Below are positions 26,763 to 40,791 of a DNA stretch of 64,000 bases, piece after piece; positions within the stretch are counted from its first letter, which is position 1, and every line of letters begins with the position of its first letter. Location of the stretch: the NCBI GenBank assembly GCA_964016885.1, contig OZ024740.1, positions 99,758,001-99,822,000 of the forward strand, given 5' to 3'. The stretch is from Eledone cirrhosa. Lineage: Eukaryota. The position numbers and the translations under genes are program-made. The notes beneath the pieces were generated by a model that was given only the letters and a program-made list of their open reading frames with translations, was not told the origin of the DNA and ran no database searches.

Positions 26763-26812
26763 TAGGGTCTGATGATTCCTGCCTTAGGGTACGGATGAAA
26801 CACTGTTAGCTA
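26763..26812 (+). ncRNA. Hammerhead motif with an intact core and a decayed stem I
   Basis: CTGATGA-t tcc tgcc ttag ggta c gga t-GAAA-C act G-TT, then AATAAA and TA repeats. Confidence 0.55.
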
Positions 26813-26884
26813 ATAAAACAATGTATTTCTAAGCACTCTTTGGTTATTCCTAAACCTATATATATATCAACTAGAAATTGATTG

Positions 26885-26921
<37 letters not shown>

Positions 26922-26926
26922 AAGAG

Positions 26927-26997
<71 letters not shown>

Positions 26998-27187
26998 TAT
27001 TTCGTATTTCTAAAGAAACACGGATTTAGGAAGCAGGGAAACACCGGAGCTAACGCCACCTTGCTTCTGCTGGACACCATCAGAGGGCGTTAGACCCGGT
27101 GTTAGCATAGCTACGGCTTCGTAAAAACGTATTATACATATTTTATAAAGCTATGCTTGAAGCGAAATCTTATTTCTATATATATAT

Positions 27188-27860
27188 ATATAAGTATGTA
27201 TACGTACAAACATATATGTATACAGACGTACAGTAGTATGTATATATATATATACATACATGCACACATATATATATATGTACGTATGGGTTTACCGAAC
27301 ATTTATTATAATGTTCGGTTTGTTTGTAAACAAACAGCCCGAATTAAGCCGTAGAGTGTTCGGCAACCATCGTTGCCCTTTTGTTCAACACTGACAAAGG
27401 AACGATGAACTAGTTTCAAGTTTATTAGCTATTGTCAGCATCGTATATCTTCCTGTCAGATGATTGAACGTTTGAACGTATATACTTTCCTTACGCATAT
27501 GAACGGCTGAGCAGCCTAATTTGCATATCGAGTGAGGTAGTCGGCCGGGCGTACCGAAAACGATAAATGGAATAGAATGAAATTAAATTTCATTTCTCAC
27601 TCTTAGTACGGCTGATAATTAAATATAAGTATGTATACGTACATACATATATGTATACAGACGTACAGTAGTATGTTTATATATACATACATGCACACAT
27701 ATATATACGTACGCATGGGTTTACCGAACATTTATTATAATGTTCGGTTTGTGTGTAAACAAACAGCGCGAATGAAGCCGTAGAGTGTTCGGCAACCATT
27801 GTTGCCCTTTTGTTCAACACTGACAAAGGAACGATGAACTAGTTTCAAGCTTATTAGCTT
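27188..27860 (-). mobile_element. Partial tandem (~435-bp period) module with a degenerate hammerhead at 27402-27444
   Basis: 27188-27430 is repeated at ~27624-27859; minus strand acgatg-CTGACAA-...-GAAA-CTAG-TT-catcgt; related fragment at ~43955-44020. Confidence 0.7.
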
Positions 27861-28044
27861 TCGAAGGTATGGACTGAAGTCCGCTACTGTCTATTATCCG
27901 CCACTCTCCCCGAACAACCGGGAAAAAGTGCTGACGAAAGGCCTCACACATCCGCTTGGAATTGCTTATCTTGTGTCCGTCTCGGTCCGCTAAAGATCGA
28001 ATTGTGGTTTAATTACCACGCTGCGCTTATACCACGCTTATACC

Positions 28045-28740
28045 ACGCTTATACCACGCGGGCCCATCGAATAGCTTTGGTTCACACGTTTCTCAGAGCA
28101 CCCGCCTTAACTCTGGCAATGCAACCTTCGTATTTCGCATTGAAGAAATGGTCTAATGCCATTCTGGCTGTAGCACCTCCATTGCAATGCCACTACAAAT
28201 AGCCTCGTCTAACTTATCTACCAGCTCCTCCTCCTTTCTATTTTTCTCTAACGCTAGTTCTTTGCTAAACCCTATCGAAGTTACTCTAATCTCTATTTTG
28301 AGAGCCCCCCACCATCTGTTGTTGACGAACCCCCCTTCAACTTTTGCTTAACTAAATTGTTGACCCGGTCCCCGTAAGCCTTACGTGCCGGAAATGACAG
28401 ATTCAGCTTCCAGTAACTAGGTCCTAACCTACGCGTTTTGTCTAGGTAGACTATACAGATCACAAATGTGTGACCGTTTAGGCGACCGTTTTAAAAAGTG
28501 GGCAGCCTATACTATTTCTATCTATTTTCATAATGAAGATTCTGTCTATATACGATCTAGATGACCCTATGCGGTTGGTCCACTTCCACACTGGCGCATT
28601 GGGGAAATCTAGTCGGTACCTGTCAGACAGTTGAGACTGGCTGATTAGGTGCTTGAGACTTTTGCACTCCCCGTTCCTATCAGCTCCTCCCTCCCACACA
28701 ATCCCAGCATGCGTCTAAGATCCCGTTCCAGTCCCCCGCT
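28045..28740 (-). pseudogene. Degenerate internal fragment of the L1/Tx1-like ORF2 (APE end plus linker)
   Basis: CKSL..L....LSDRYRLDFPNAPVWKWTNRIGSSRSYIDRIF matches 51373..52617; an AAT repeat abuts at 28741. Confidence 0.85.
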
Positions 28741-29432
28741 AATAATAATAGTAATAATAAATGATTGATACCATATGTGAGGGTAAGAGAGTTGAAGAGG
28801 CGTTTGTATGGATAAAGAATTCGATTTTACTGTAGGTGTGTTCTTAAATCACCAGCTTCTCTTACATCTGATTGGTTAAAAGTTAGTTCCTTGCATTTGC
28901 TTGTTTAATAGGATGTCCTTAGACGTCTTGGCGGGTGGATGTCCGTTTTTAAGTTTATTGCTGTTAGTGATAGATAAATGACTATGTTTACAAAATATGG
29001 TATGGTAGATTTGAATGTGGTGTCCTTTTATGGTCCGAACGCCACAACTAAGTAAACATCGTGTTGAGTCAAACAACGCCGCACGTTGAAATCCTGCACG
29101 ATACAGATTACATATAGCAAATTTCACTCACAAGACATTGGTCAATGAACTCTAGGATAAAAGACACTTGCCCAACGTACATTGCTGTGGGATCAACCTT
29201 CTTAAACATTGAGTCATATACATCTTTGATACAATATGTTACCAAAGCCAAGCGATTGCATTGTTGCATATATACATTTAATGTTTACAAGCAGAATGAC
29301 TCGGAGTTGCTCGGGATTTGCTCTAGGGTTCTTATATATTTGATATATATTTATCCTTATCGAGCCTCGTGAAATAAATACGTTTGTTTTTATTTTGTTA
29401 TTGTGTATGCAAAAATTCTGTACACGAATATA

Positions 29433-29674
<242 letters not shown>

Positions 29675-30319
29675 TAACAGATTAAAGTTTAAACAAAGAA
29701 TCGCTGCTTTCACCCTTAACGTGATCTGCTGAAACTAAAAACATCAATCTGTGAACGCAGAAGTAAATATTTCGAAAAACGTTGCACTATATATATATAT
29801 ACACACATTATATATATATACATATATATACACACACACATATAGCGTAATAATGCCGTAATGCAGACAGGCAGCCATTCAGACAGATATCATAAGGGCG
29901 CAAGGTTATATCTACGTATCTATCTTAAAAGAAAGACTAAGAATTATAGAGAGAGATCGCTAAATCGCCTAATGCGGTCCATAGGGTATTGACAATTTGA
30001 AATATTCTTTGCTCAAAACGCTCGCAGAACCATAATTATTACATGTGTAAAGTTTGAAAACAATCGGTTGGGTGGTTCTCGAGTTTTGGGGAGTCAGACA
30101 GACAGACAGACATACATTCTCTGTTTTAGATATATAGATGATGATGTAGTTTCTTCAATGTTGGCAAGTTCATTTTACAGGAATTTAAAGTTACACGCGA
30201 GCGTACTCATTGACACAACATACATTCAATTACCTACACACACGTATGTATAGGCACACAATGATAATATATGTATGTTTATTATACAAAAACATGGTGT
30301 GTATATCTACGTATACGCC

Positions 30320-30543
30320 TTTAATACAACTGGAGAGAGATGGTGACGACGAGGAGTGGGAAACGGTATCAGGAATAAAGAAAAAAAGAAACCAAAAAAG
30401 AAAAAATTCTCTTCCCTCCCCCTCCAAAAACAAAATACAGAGGGAAGCAAATAAATTATCAAACAAGAAAGTTAAGACAGATATGCCACCATCCACACCA
30501 GCATCACCAACCCCATCACCACAAACACCAACACCATCACACA
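30320..30543 (+). pseudogene. Isolated ~220-bp piece of the L1/Tx1-like ORF1
   Basis: DDEEWETVSG.KKKRNQKRKNSLPSPSKNKIQRE.NKL.NKKV.TDMPPSTPASPTPS is almost identical to part of 52623..54053. Confidence 0.9.
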
Positions 30544-30553
30544 TACACACACA

Positions 30554-30595
<42 letters not shown>

Positions 30596-30838
30596 AGGAG
30601 GTTATACATATACAAACGTTTATATATATGTACGGCAACACTCATCTTTTTCCATTTCTCCGAGGGTTATAAACCCCACTATCAGGCTAGAAATTTCTTT
30701 AGTCTAAAATACGGTGAAAGCTTATAATTTCTAATTTCTAATTTCAATCACGCGCATCGTTTCAAAAACATACTTACATGTTTACGCTTATAATTTGCTT
30801 GTTTATATGTATATATGTATATATATACTCGATTATTC

Positions 30839-30894
<56 letters not shown>

Positions 30895-31106
30895 CGAAGG
30901 AAATGTGGTAAGGAACCAGGTGGACCATAATGCACCAAAGTACTCAATACTTAGGGTAGTAGAGTGGGTAATAGGAACGAGTAGGACCCCAACGGCTGAG
31001 CTCAAGCCGTTTCGACGGCTAATTCTGGACTAATTCTTGGCCATTTAGTCCAGAATTATCCGTCGAAACGGCTTGAGCGCAGCCGTCGGGGTCCTACTCG
31101 TTCCTA

Positions 31107-31148
<42 letters not shown>

Positions 31149-31172
31149 GTATAAAAATCAATACAATATAAT

Positions 31173-31246
31173 TACCTCATTATCAGAGGTTTCCCGAATG
31201 AGGCGAATACGAAAGAAGCGTCTTCATTCGTTCGTCAGACGAGGCA
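31173..31246 (-). ncRNA. PLE-tail hammerhead (mirror copy at 35651-35724, +)
   Basis: tgcctcgt-CTGACGA-a cgaatga...tcattcg g-GAAA-cctctga-TA-atgaggta; 8-bp stem I; both copies have a mismatch at the base of stem III. Confidence 0.7.
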
Positions 31247-31984
31247 ATATAAAACATGGGTAAATACTTGGAAAGTCTCGTCAAGAAAATCAAAAAAAAT
31301 ATATAGACAAATGAATTAGAATATGAAATATATAATAATCTTTCAAAAAATATAGTTAGGTGTGTGTATATGTATGTATATACGCTCACAGATGTGCATA
31401 TATGTGTATGCACATATGTATACGTATAGTGAAAAAGTGTGCGTAAATATAAAATTTAGGGCAAATGTATCTGTATGTCTGTAATCTACAGACAGAATAG
31501 ATACATCATAAGAATATGAATATGAAGGCGCGCGCATAAACACACCTACACACACGTACACTTAGATGCGGAAGTAAAAGAGGTAAGGGAGTGTAATAAT
31601 TAAAGGAAAGTATCAATCTCGATATATTTATAAAAATGGAACAATAATTTAGAAAGAAAAAATTTAGAAAGAAAAAATTAAAGAAAAGAAGACAAAAAAG
31701 GGTACATATATACACAGACACGCATATCTCACAAAAGAAACGCAAAAATATACATGCTTATATACACACGCACACTTACACATCCATACGTTCGATACGT
31801 ACACACACACACACACATACTTACACTCACGCATATTGACCTGTTTGCATGCACACGCATAAAAATGAGTAAGTAAAAAAGGGGGGGGGGGGAGAAGACA
31901 AAAGAAACAAAACATAAAACCTAGATGTCAAAACGCGGATATAAAGACACATACACATACGCATACACATATACATACACACAC

Positions 31985-32070
<86 letters not shown>

Positions 32071-32540
32071 GCACGCGCGCGCACATACGTAGTCGCTCAT
32101 GTACATATATAGAAAGTATACACACATTAAGGCGTTCAGCCATATTGATACAGGGTGTAAAAAACTTGTGGATAAGTAAGTACAAATATAAAACTGTAAG
32201 GTTGGCTGCGCAAAAATAAAAAGATAAAAATATAAAAATAAAAATGAAAAATATATCTGGTTTGGAAAACACAAATGACAACTATAATCAGTTAGTGAAG
32301 GAAAAAGGGAAGTAAAAAAGGGAAAGTACAAAATGGAAAGTGAATCGGAGAATAAAGGGGGGGGTTATTGGTGGATGTGAAGTAAAAATAAAAAAATAAA
32401 ATAAAAAAAAAAAAAAAAAAAAAAAATAAAAAAAAAAAAATAAATAAATAAAAAAAAAAAAAAAAAAAAAAATAAAAAAAATAAAATAAATAAAAATAAA
32501 AATAAATGAAATTAATGACAAGGGTAAAAATGAAAGTAAG

Positions 32541-34375
32541 TCAGAAAGGGTAATTAAAAAGAGAATAATAAGAGTTTATGGAGGATAAGTATCTGAAAGT
32601 GTTAAGTTTATATGAGCTGGAAAGCAGATGTGATTTCCTGTGTGGGCAACTGGTGAATATTTCCGTCTTTGTGTTCAGGCAGGTCTTTGGTGATTTTAGA
32701 TTTTGCAATATCCAATATTTTTCATTTATGCAGAGCGTGCATTTTCTTGTTCCGCTAGCATATTCTTTAGATTGGTTCAAAATTGACCAATCTAATTTAT
32801 ATTGGATGCCTTGGTCTTTCAAATCCCAAATTCTGCTAGCCAGAGCTGTTGTAAATCTTTTTTCTGGATGTCGAAAGGATGCGACATGTGAGTAATAACG
32901 CGTTTTTAATTTGTCTTGCGTCATACCCACATATCGTTCACTGGTGGCTGGATGGTTGTTGCTGATGGTTGTCACTTTAGCCGCGTATACAATGGCTTTG
33001 GTGTTGCATTTACCTTGTAATGGGCATTCACTTTTGATTCTACAGGAGCAAGTTTGATTTTCTCTAGGTGATATTTTGTTGAGGATATAGGACTTAATAC
33101 GGGGACCGCAGGAATAGCTAATTTTGACACAGTTTCTGTTAAAGATCTTATAGTATATATGTGTTCTAGGGAAATGTTTATCTAGGAGCTCAAGGAATTT
33201 TTTGCCTACATTAGTTTTAACTGCTAGAGAGTAGGGGGGTGTGAACCAGATTATTTTTCTTTTCCTGTTTTTATGTTTAGTAGAGTTAGTAGAGTTGGGT
33301 ATGTATTTAATCGGTTCGCTAAAACCGCTATTTTGGAGGGCTTTGTTATAGTAGGGGGATGCCTTATTCAAAATAGCTTCTGAGGAAGAGAGGGTGGAGA
33401 TCCTACGGCTAATATTAGGGATAAGGTTTTTAAAAACTATAGGTGGATGGCAAGATCCTTTATTTATATATTTTAAGTTTTCATTAGGTTTATGGTATGG
33501 TTTATAAGAAGCAGTAGGCAAATCTAGGTTTATATCTAGGAAATCTACGTTGGAAAGGTTAGTGTCAATAGTAATTTTAAGATTAAAACTAGCGAAGGTT
33601 TTTATTAAGTCTTTCCTTAATCTATCTAAGTTATGGCCTATGGTGGTATGGGAAAGTATTAGACCATCGTCGCGATAAAGCCCAAAAATATGGTTAGGAA
33701 TTTTTTCTTTAAGTGTATGTAAGAGGAATAGGCCGACCAGATCACAAACATCAGCACTGTCGTAAGAGCCCATTGAGACATCGAATGGGTTCTCTGGGTT
33801 AGATATTTTTACCCAAGTGTCATTATCATTAAAAAGTAGAGTGTTCCTAGCATGCAAGATGACATTCTCTTCAATATCGGAGATATTAGTAAACCCTCTA
33901 GCGAAATTTAAAGCTTTCGCTAAAAGGGTCTGAGTGATAGATGGGTAGAAATCTACAATGTCAAATTGGGTGAATCTAGAACTATTTTTGTTTTTAATAT
34001 TATTAAACCAATGTACTACGGAAGAGCTATTTATCCATTGGTGTAATTTAGACTTACTTCTAATGTGTGTATTTAATTTATTTAAAATTTTTTGCAGGCA
34101 AGACCAATATCAGTCTTAGCAGGGTTGATTAATCTACAACTAGGACGATTAATAAAGTCGGGTTTATGATCTTTAAGGGTGATATACGCAGTACATTTAG
34201 CAAATTTTTCTGTCCTATTATCTATTTTTAAAGAAACAGCTAATTCTTTAGCTTCCTTATTTATATTATGGTACGTATTTATATTAGCTATTTGGTATTT
34301 AGAGGTGATATTATCTATTAATAGTTGGTCGTGTAAATTATTATTAACTTCATATAGGTTTTTAGTTTTATCGAT
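32541..34375 (-). pseudogene. PLE reverse transcriptase plus C-terminal GIY-YIG endonuclease (5'-truncated, one frameshift near 34095)
   Basis: DKTKNLY, TLKDHKPDF...CRLINPAK, FDIVDFYPSI, FDVSMGSYDSA, YRDD, FLDI, CSC..ECPL.GKC, IVY...YVGMT...R...H, CTLCINEK, CPHR. Confidence 0.95.
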
Positions 34376-34886
34376 TGGTCAATTTGATTAGATTGGTCAA
34401 TTTTGAACCAATCTAAAGAATAAGCTAGAGGAACAAGAAAATGCACGCTCTGCATAAATGAAAAATATTGGATATTGCAAAATCTAAAATCACCAAAGAC
34501 CTGCCTGAACACAAAGACGGAAATTTTCACCAGTTGCCCACACATGAAATCACACCTGCTTTCCAGCTCATATAAACTTAACACACTTTCAGATACTTAT
34601 CCTCCATAAACTCTTATTATTCTCTTTTTAATTACCCTTTCTGACTTACTTTCATTTTTACCCTTGTCATTAATTTCATTTATTTTTATTTTTATTATTA
34701 TTATTTTTTTTTTTATTTATTTATTTATTTTTTTTTTTTTTTGCGCAGCCAATCTTACAATTTTATATGTGTACTTACTTATCCACAAGTTTTTTTACAC
34801 CCTGTATCAATATGGCTGAACGCCTTAATGTGTGTATACTTTCTATCTATGTAGATGAGCGACTACGTATGTGCGCGTGCGTGTAT

Positions 34887-34942
<56 letters not shown>

Positions 34943-35826
34943 GTGTGTGTGTATGTATATGTGTATGCGTACGTGTATGTGTCTTTATATCCGCGTTTTG
35001 ACATCTAGGTTTTATGTTTGATTCCTTTTTTCTTCTCCCCCCCTTTTTTTACTTATTCATTTTTATGCGTGTGCATGCAAACAGGTCAATATGCGTGAGT
35101 GTAAGTATGTGTGTGTGTGTGTGTGTGTACGTATCGAACGTATGGATGTGTAAGTGTGCGTGTGTATATAAGCATGTATATTTTTGCGTTTCTTTTGTGA
35201 GATATGCGTGTCTGTGTATGTATGTACCCTTTTATGTCTTCTTTTCTTTAATTTTTTCTTTCTAAATTATTGTTCCATTTTTATAAATATATTGAGATTG
35301 ATACTTTCCTTTAATTATTACACTCCCTTACCTCTTTTACTTCCGCATCTAAGTGTACGTGTGTGTAGGTGTGTTTATGCGCGCGCCTTCATATTCATAT
35401 TCTGTCTGTAGATTACAGACATACAGATACATTTGCCCTAAATTTTATATTTACGCACACTTTTTCACTATACGTATACATATGTGCATACACATATATG
35501 CACATCTGTGAGCGTATATACATACATATATACACACCTAACTATATTTCTTGAAAGATTATTATATATTTCATATTCTAATTCATTTGTCTATATCTTT
35601 TTTTTGATTTTCTTGACGAGACTTTCCAAGTATTTACCTATGTTTTATATTGCCTCGTCTGACGAACGAATGAAGACGCTTCTTTCGTATTCGCCTCATT
35701 CGGGAAACCTCTGATAATGAGGTAATTATATTGTATTGATTTTTATACATTAAATTTTGCTCTGATACTTACATAGAGCACTCTTCACTTCTATGACCTT
35801 TTCTGTTTTCAACGGACATTTCAATA

Positions 35827-35899
<73 letters not shown>

Positions 35900-36706
35900 G
35901 TATATATGTATGTATGGACTCGTAATTCCTAAGTGAGCAGTATGAACACCGTATTGAGATACGCCATTTCTTGGCCATTTTAAACCTGTCAGAGACCATC
36001 TGTCCCCCAGGACCTAATACAGCAGGTCTCTTCCATGAAAGGATAGAGAAAGTGAGAGAAAGAAAGTGAGAAAGACATATACAGGATGAATCCACCCAAT
36101 AGATTTTTATCGACTTCGAATTGATGAAAGGCAGTGTTGACCTCGGTGGGATTTCAACACAGAGAACAGAAAGCCGAAATAAATACAGCAAACCATTCTA
36201 TCTATCTTTCCGACGACTCTGCCAATTTGGCGCCTCAAATTTCCTACCCGCACGAAATCGTTTTTCTCACTAATTAACTTATAAGTGTGCACTCCAAAAT
36301 TGTTGGGGTGTTGCCTTAATGAAATAGACTTAATTGAATTATTGAGAGGGTGAGAAAATGACCGAAGCTGCGTCATCCTATTCCATAGCTTCGTTTCATT
36401 GTATATAGTTGTGGGGAGGGGACGAGTGTGTGTGTGTGTGTGTGTCTGGGGGGAGGGGGGGGGGTACGTGGGTGTTTGGGTGTAAAAGGTAAACAGAAAT
36501 AACAAAGCAAACGACGCAGTACATTGAAGAAATATATTAGTTTAACGCTTGAAATAACAGGAAAAGTGTCTTAACGTTTCAGACACTAATCTTTTATGGA
36601 GAAGATAGAGTTAGAAATAGAAGATAAAATAAAAAATTAAGTGAGAAGAGGAAGGAACGGGGAAAAAAGAGAAAGGTAAATCTGCATATTCAGTCAACTA
36701 TTTTGC

Positions 36707-36715
<9 letters not shown>

Positions 36716-36773
<58 letters not shown>

Positions 36774-36789
36774 GGTGTGTGTGTGTGTG

Positions 36790-36860
<71 letters not shown>

Positions 36861-36863
36861 GTG
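36716..36863. repeat. (GT)n microsatellite; others at 4725-4850 and 44922-45005, (AG)n at 26924-26990, (GAT/GGT)n at 45370-45660 and 47995-48125, and dozens of (TA)n tracts
   Basis: Directly visible. Confidence 0.95.
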
Positions 36864-39009
36864 AATACATGTTTTATATTTTCTCGTTCTGTGATGAAAT
36901 AAAGCAGTAACACAAGAGTTGTTTATTCGCAGTTTGTTCTGTTAATAAGCGATTTGTTCCAATGTAATCTGATAGATAATGCAATGTTGACTTGAGTTCC
37001 AAGCTGAGGGCAAGGACGCTGAGAAATATCTAGTCAACAAATCATGTTTATGGCTAATATTATCAAATTTTGCCGACACATGGCCATCTCGTTAAGGTGT
37101 TGTGTTCACAGCGAAAGTGTTGTGCATTTAATTCCCATTGTTTCTTTGAGTAAAGCATTGAATTTTACGGCACTGTAGTTCACTTTACAAAAAAAAAGCA
37201 CAAATAAATAAATGAATAAATAAACATAACATAAATAAATACCAGCGACAGCCATGTATTATAATCTACAACAAACTGGCCTTACGCCTCCTGATGCCCT
37301 TGGAACCGGAATATGCTCTGGCTGTCGTCTAACATTGACAAATAGTCGCAAAACGATAATTCACTAATCGTCAAATCGTTTTCTCTCTTCTTTTTATAAT
37401 TCAGCCATGGAGTGAAAAGTAGTTTCAAACACCAGTTTCATCAAATTCCACATTTTAACTTTAATATATTACATATCGTTATAATGTTTAGCACAATTTC
37501 CTTACAGATGGAAATAAACAAATGCAATGAAAATATTAACTCAGAGGTTTCACTTCAAGGAACAGTTGATTGTATCTTGCTTCGAAGGGTGAAAAGAAAC
37601 CTCAACGTTAAAGTGATTTGAACCCCAAATATAAAAAAGTCGCAACTCAATTCTGAAAGATAATTTGACCAATGCTCCAAAGACTTTGCCATTCCACCAC
37701 CCCATTATATCACCAATTAATATAAAAAAAACAAATACTTATATATAAAATTTACCAGGTTACATTGCTAGTATTTTATTGTTTTAACGTGCTTAGCTAA
37801 AGCAAAACTGGGGGTAAGATTTGAGTACAGTTATAAGTTAATTTAAGGCCTTTTCTCGATCCAGTGCCTCGGTTGGCCGGAACTTATCCCAGGGAACTGG
37901 AGCAACGTGGAATGAATTATTTTACCCAGGACACAACGCGTAATATTACAATTATGAATCCAAGTCCGCGTGCATACACAAATACAGATATACATGCTTG
38001 AAAATTGCGAGCAATTAATATTTCTAGCATGGCTGGGGAGTGGAATGAAACAATCAGCTATCACGCATGAGCAAAAGGAGAAAGAATATATGTTAGGAAA
38101 GTGCAGCATTTCGCAAATGATCAATTTAAGATTGTTTTGTTCTTGTTCGTTAGAAATGTGTATGTTAGCAGACATTCTAAACTGCTTGAAAACTTTATAC
38201 TTTTGGCACAATGCTACCGATTTGAAAAGAAGGGGAAAGACGATTAAATAGACCCCAGTGCGTTACTGGTAAATTATTTTATTAATCCCATATGACTGAA
38301 TGCCAAAGTTAATCTCGGTGATATTTCAAAGCCGAACGTAAAGGGTCTTAGTATATGCCGCAAATATGTTGTCTGACGATCTACTGATTCTTCCACTTCA
38401 CCAAAAAGACTGGGATGAGGAAAATATAAATTTTCGCCCATGAGGAAAGTTGCAGATGGTGGTTTGTTCGTTGAACTATCGCGTCAACCAGTCTATCACA
38501 CTTCTAGAATCAAGTAATATAAACTACGCGGAATCATGGATAACTTTTTAAAAACCCATTAAAATAGCATTAACAGAATTAGAACGTGTTAGATATGACT
38601 TTACAGAACAGACAGAAACTTAACTTTGAACAACCCAACCTCTTCCCTTTCAGAATGTCACGATTTATTGTTCATGAAACACATCTATGATTCTAGTTTA
38701 GAACCTATCCGGATTAATTTAAGATGTTCATTGCCATTAGAGATCAGAGAATTTCTATTAAACGATAACAGAAACCTATACGAATCTTATCGGAGTAAAC
38801 ATGTCATGCAAAATGTTTAACATCTGAATATTCTCTTATTATGGCAACACAGTTCAGCCATAATTGGGTACATGTTTTCATTCACGATTTATTTTAGTTG
38901 TTGAAGTTGAAAATTAAAACACAGCATGAAACTTGAGAACAAACGGAAAAGTAAAGGAAGATAATGAAGACATAGATATAAATATTTACAAAAACATATG
39001 AGTGTATGG

Positions 39010-39052
<43 letters not shown>

Positions 39053-39184
39053 TAACAGATTAAAGTTTAAGCAAAGAATCGCTGCTTTCACCCTTAACGG
39101 GATCTTCTGATCTTCTTATATATTTGATATATATTTATCCTTATCGAGCCCTCTTTGGATTTTAGTCTTCAAATTTATTATTAT

Positions 39185-39226
<42 letters not shown>

Positions 39227-39772
39227 GCATATGTGTGTGTATATATCTGGGTGCATATACACGTACATATATACACGTACAATATATACACGTACAATAT
39301 ATAGTTATACATACACATATATCATACATATGTGTGTGTATATATATATATATATATATAAAATCAAAAGATGGTTAAAAGTGTTCCATGTATTTTATTA
39401 TGCGCATTTCAAAAACAAATATCATCATTGCAATTATGCAAACAAGCCTCAATTTTATAGCCAAGTCAATAAAATAAACACTTCATTCTTGCTCTTGTGT
39501 TGCCGTGCGAACAGAACTGCAGACACTAATGTTTACGGGTATCATCCTTCATCAGTACAGCTCACTGTTCACCTGCCAAACTGTCAGAGCTAGTGAAAAT
39601 ATATGCTATTTTCAAATATACACAGTGACTGATCAGCCTGATTTGCATATTAGCAGACGAGCTGATCAGTCATATCTGCATATTAGCAGATCCACTGATC
39701 TACTGATTCATTCTACTGACTTGGCTATAAAATTGGGGCTTGTTTGCAAAATTGCAAACGAATCGAACGTTA

Positions 39773-40791
39773 TCTACTTATAGATATAACCAGCAATTTC
39801 TCTGTCAGTCTGTCCGACAGTGGAAACACGTGCGTAGAGAGAGAGTGAGAATGAAAGAAAGAGACAGACTACGAGAGGGGGATAGCGGGAGGGAGAGAGG
39901 GAGAGAGAGTGAATAGACGCTAAAACATGTGCTACAGAAACATTGCCTTCTCCTCTTCACTGACTTTGGTCATTGAGGCCGAATGAATCGCTGGTTTCTA
40001 TAGAGACACCTTGCAGAAGCCAGAAGTAACCAGTTCGAGGCGGTTCTGACTTGACACCATGCGAAGAAGGTTGCTATTGAATTTGTGGTTTGAAGAAGGT
40101 TGCCATTGAATTTGTGGTTGTTGCTGCTGATAATAAGGACCATTTGAAGAAGGTTGCCATTGAATTTGTGGTTTGAAGAAGGTTGCCATTGAATTTGTGG
40201 TTGTTGCTGCTGATAATAAGGGCCATTTGAAGAAGGTTGCTGCTGATGAGGTAATTTATTAATCAGATTGCGCAGTTCCATAACCTACGTTTGATTTGTT
40301 CAATTTTTTTCTTCAATTTTTTTTGTTGTTGTTTTTTTATTTCTTATTGAAAAAATATAAATAATAAAATAAGGTTAGAAATTTAAATACAATTAAATAC
40401 GATTTAATTTCCATTTCCAGCAGCCAATGTCCAGTGTTCAATTTCATGAAAAAATTGGAAATAATTCAAAAAATTGAAGTTTAACTTTTGAACATTTGTT
40501 TTGACAATATAAAAATATTTCCTTATTCACACCTAATGGTATGATTAAAATTTCATAGGAATATTTTTTTATAACCGCCAGTTATTTATTTTCTCCGTTT
40601 TCGTTTTAACATATATTTATTTCAAAGATTTCACCGTATAGATAACATATATATTTATACATGCATAAAAGACACACCGAGAGACGGTGAACATGTGGTG
40701 CCGAAAACATTTCTCATCCAAATCTCAACAATATCAGTATATACACTAGATTTGCTAGCAGAAAACCGCCCACCGGGTGGTTTTCTGCTAG
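39773..40791 (+). mobile_element. Non-autonomous Helitron (first of a tandem pair)
   Basis: Starts with TC after a host A; ends with the hairpin ...CCGCCCACCGGGTGGTTTTCTG-CTAG. Confidence 0.7.

Larger units (their letters stand above)
31146..35829 (-). mobile_element. 5'-truncated Penelope-like element with a long inverted pseudo-LTR, inserted in (TA)n
   Basis: 31146-32797 is mirrored by 34387-35750; RT+EN ORF lies between; hammerheads in both tails. Confidence 0.95.

Noticed and set aside
38480-38820. Possible exon or old LINE remnant (ORF 38626..38820)
   Set aside because: No recognisable motif or clear splice signals
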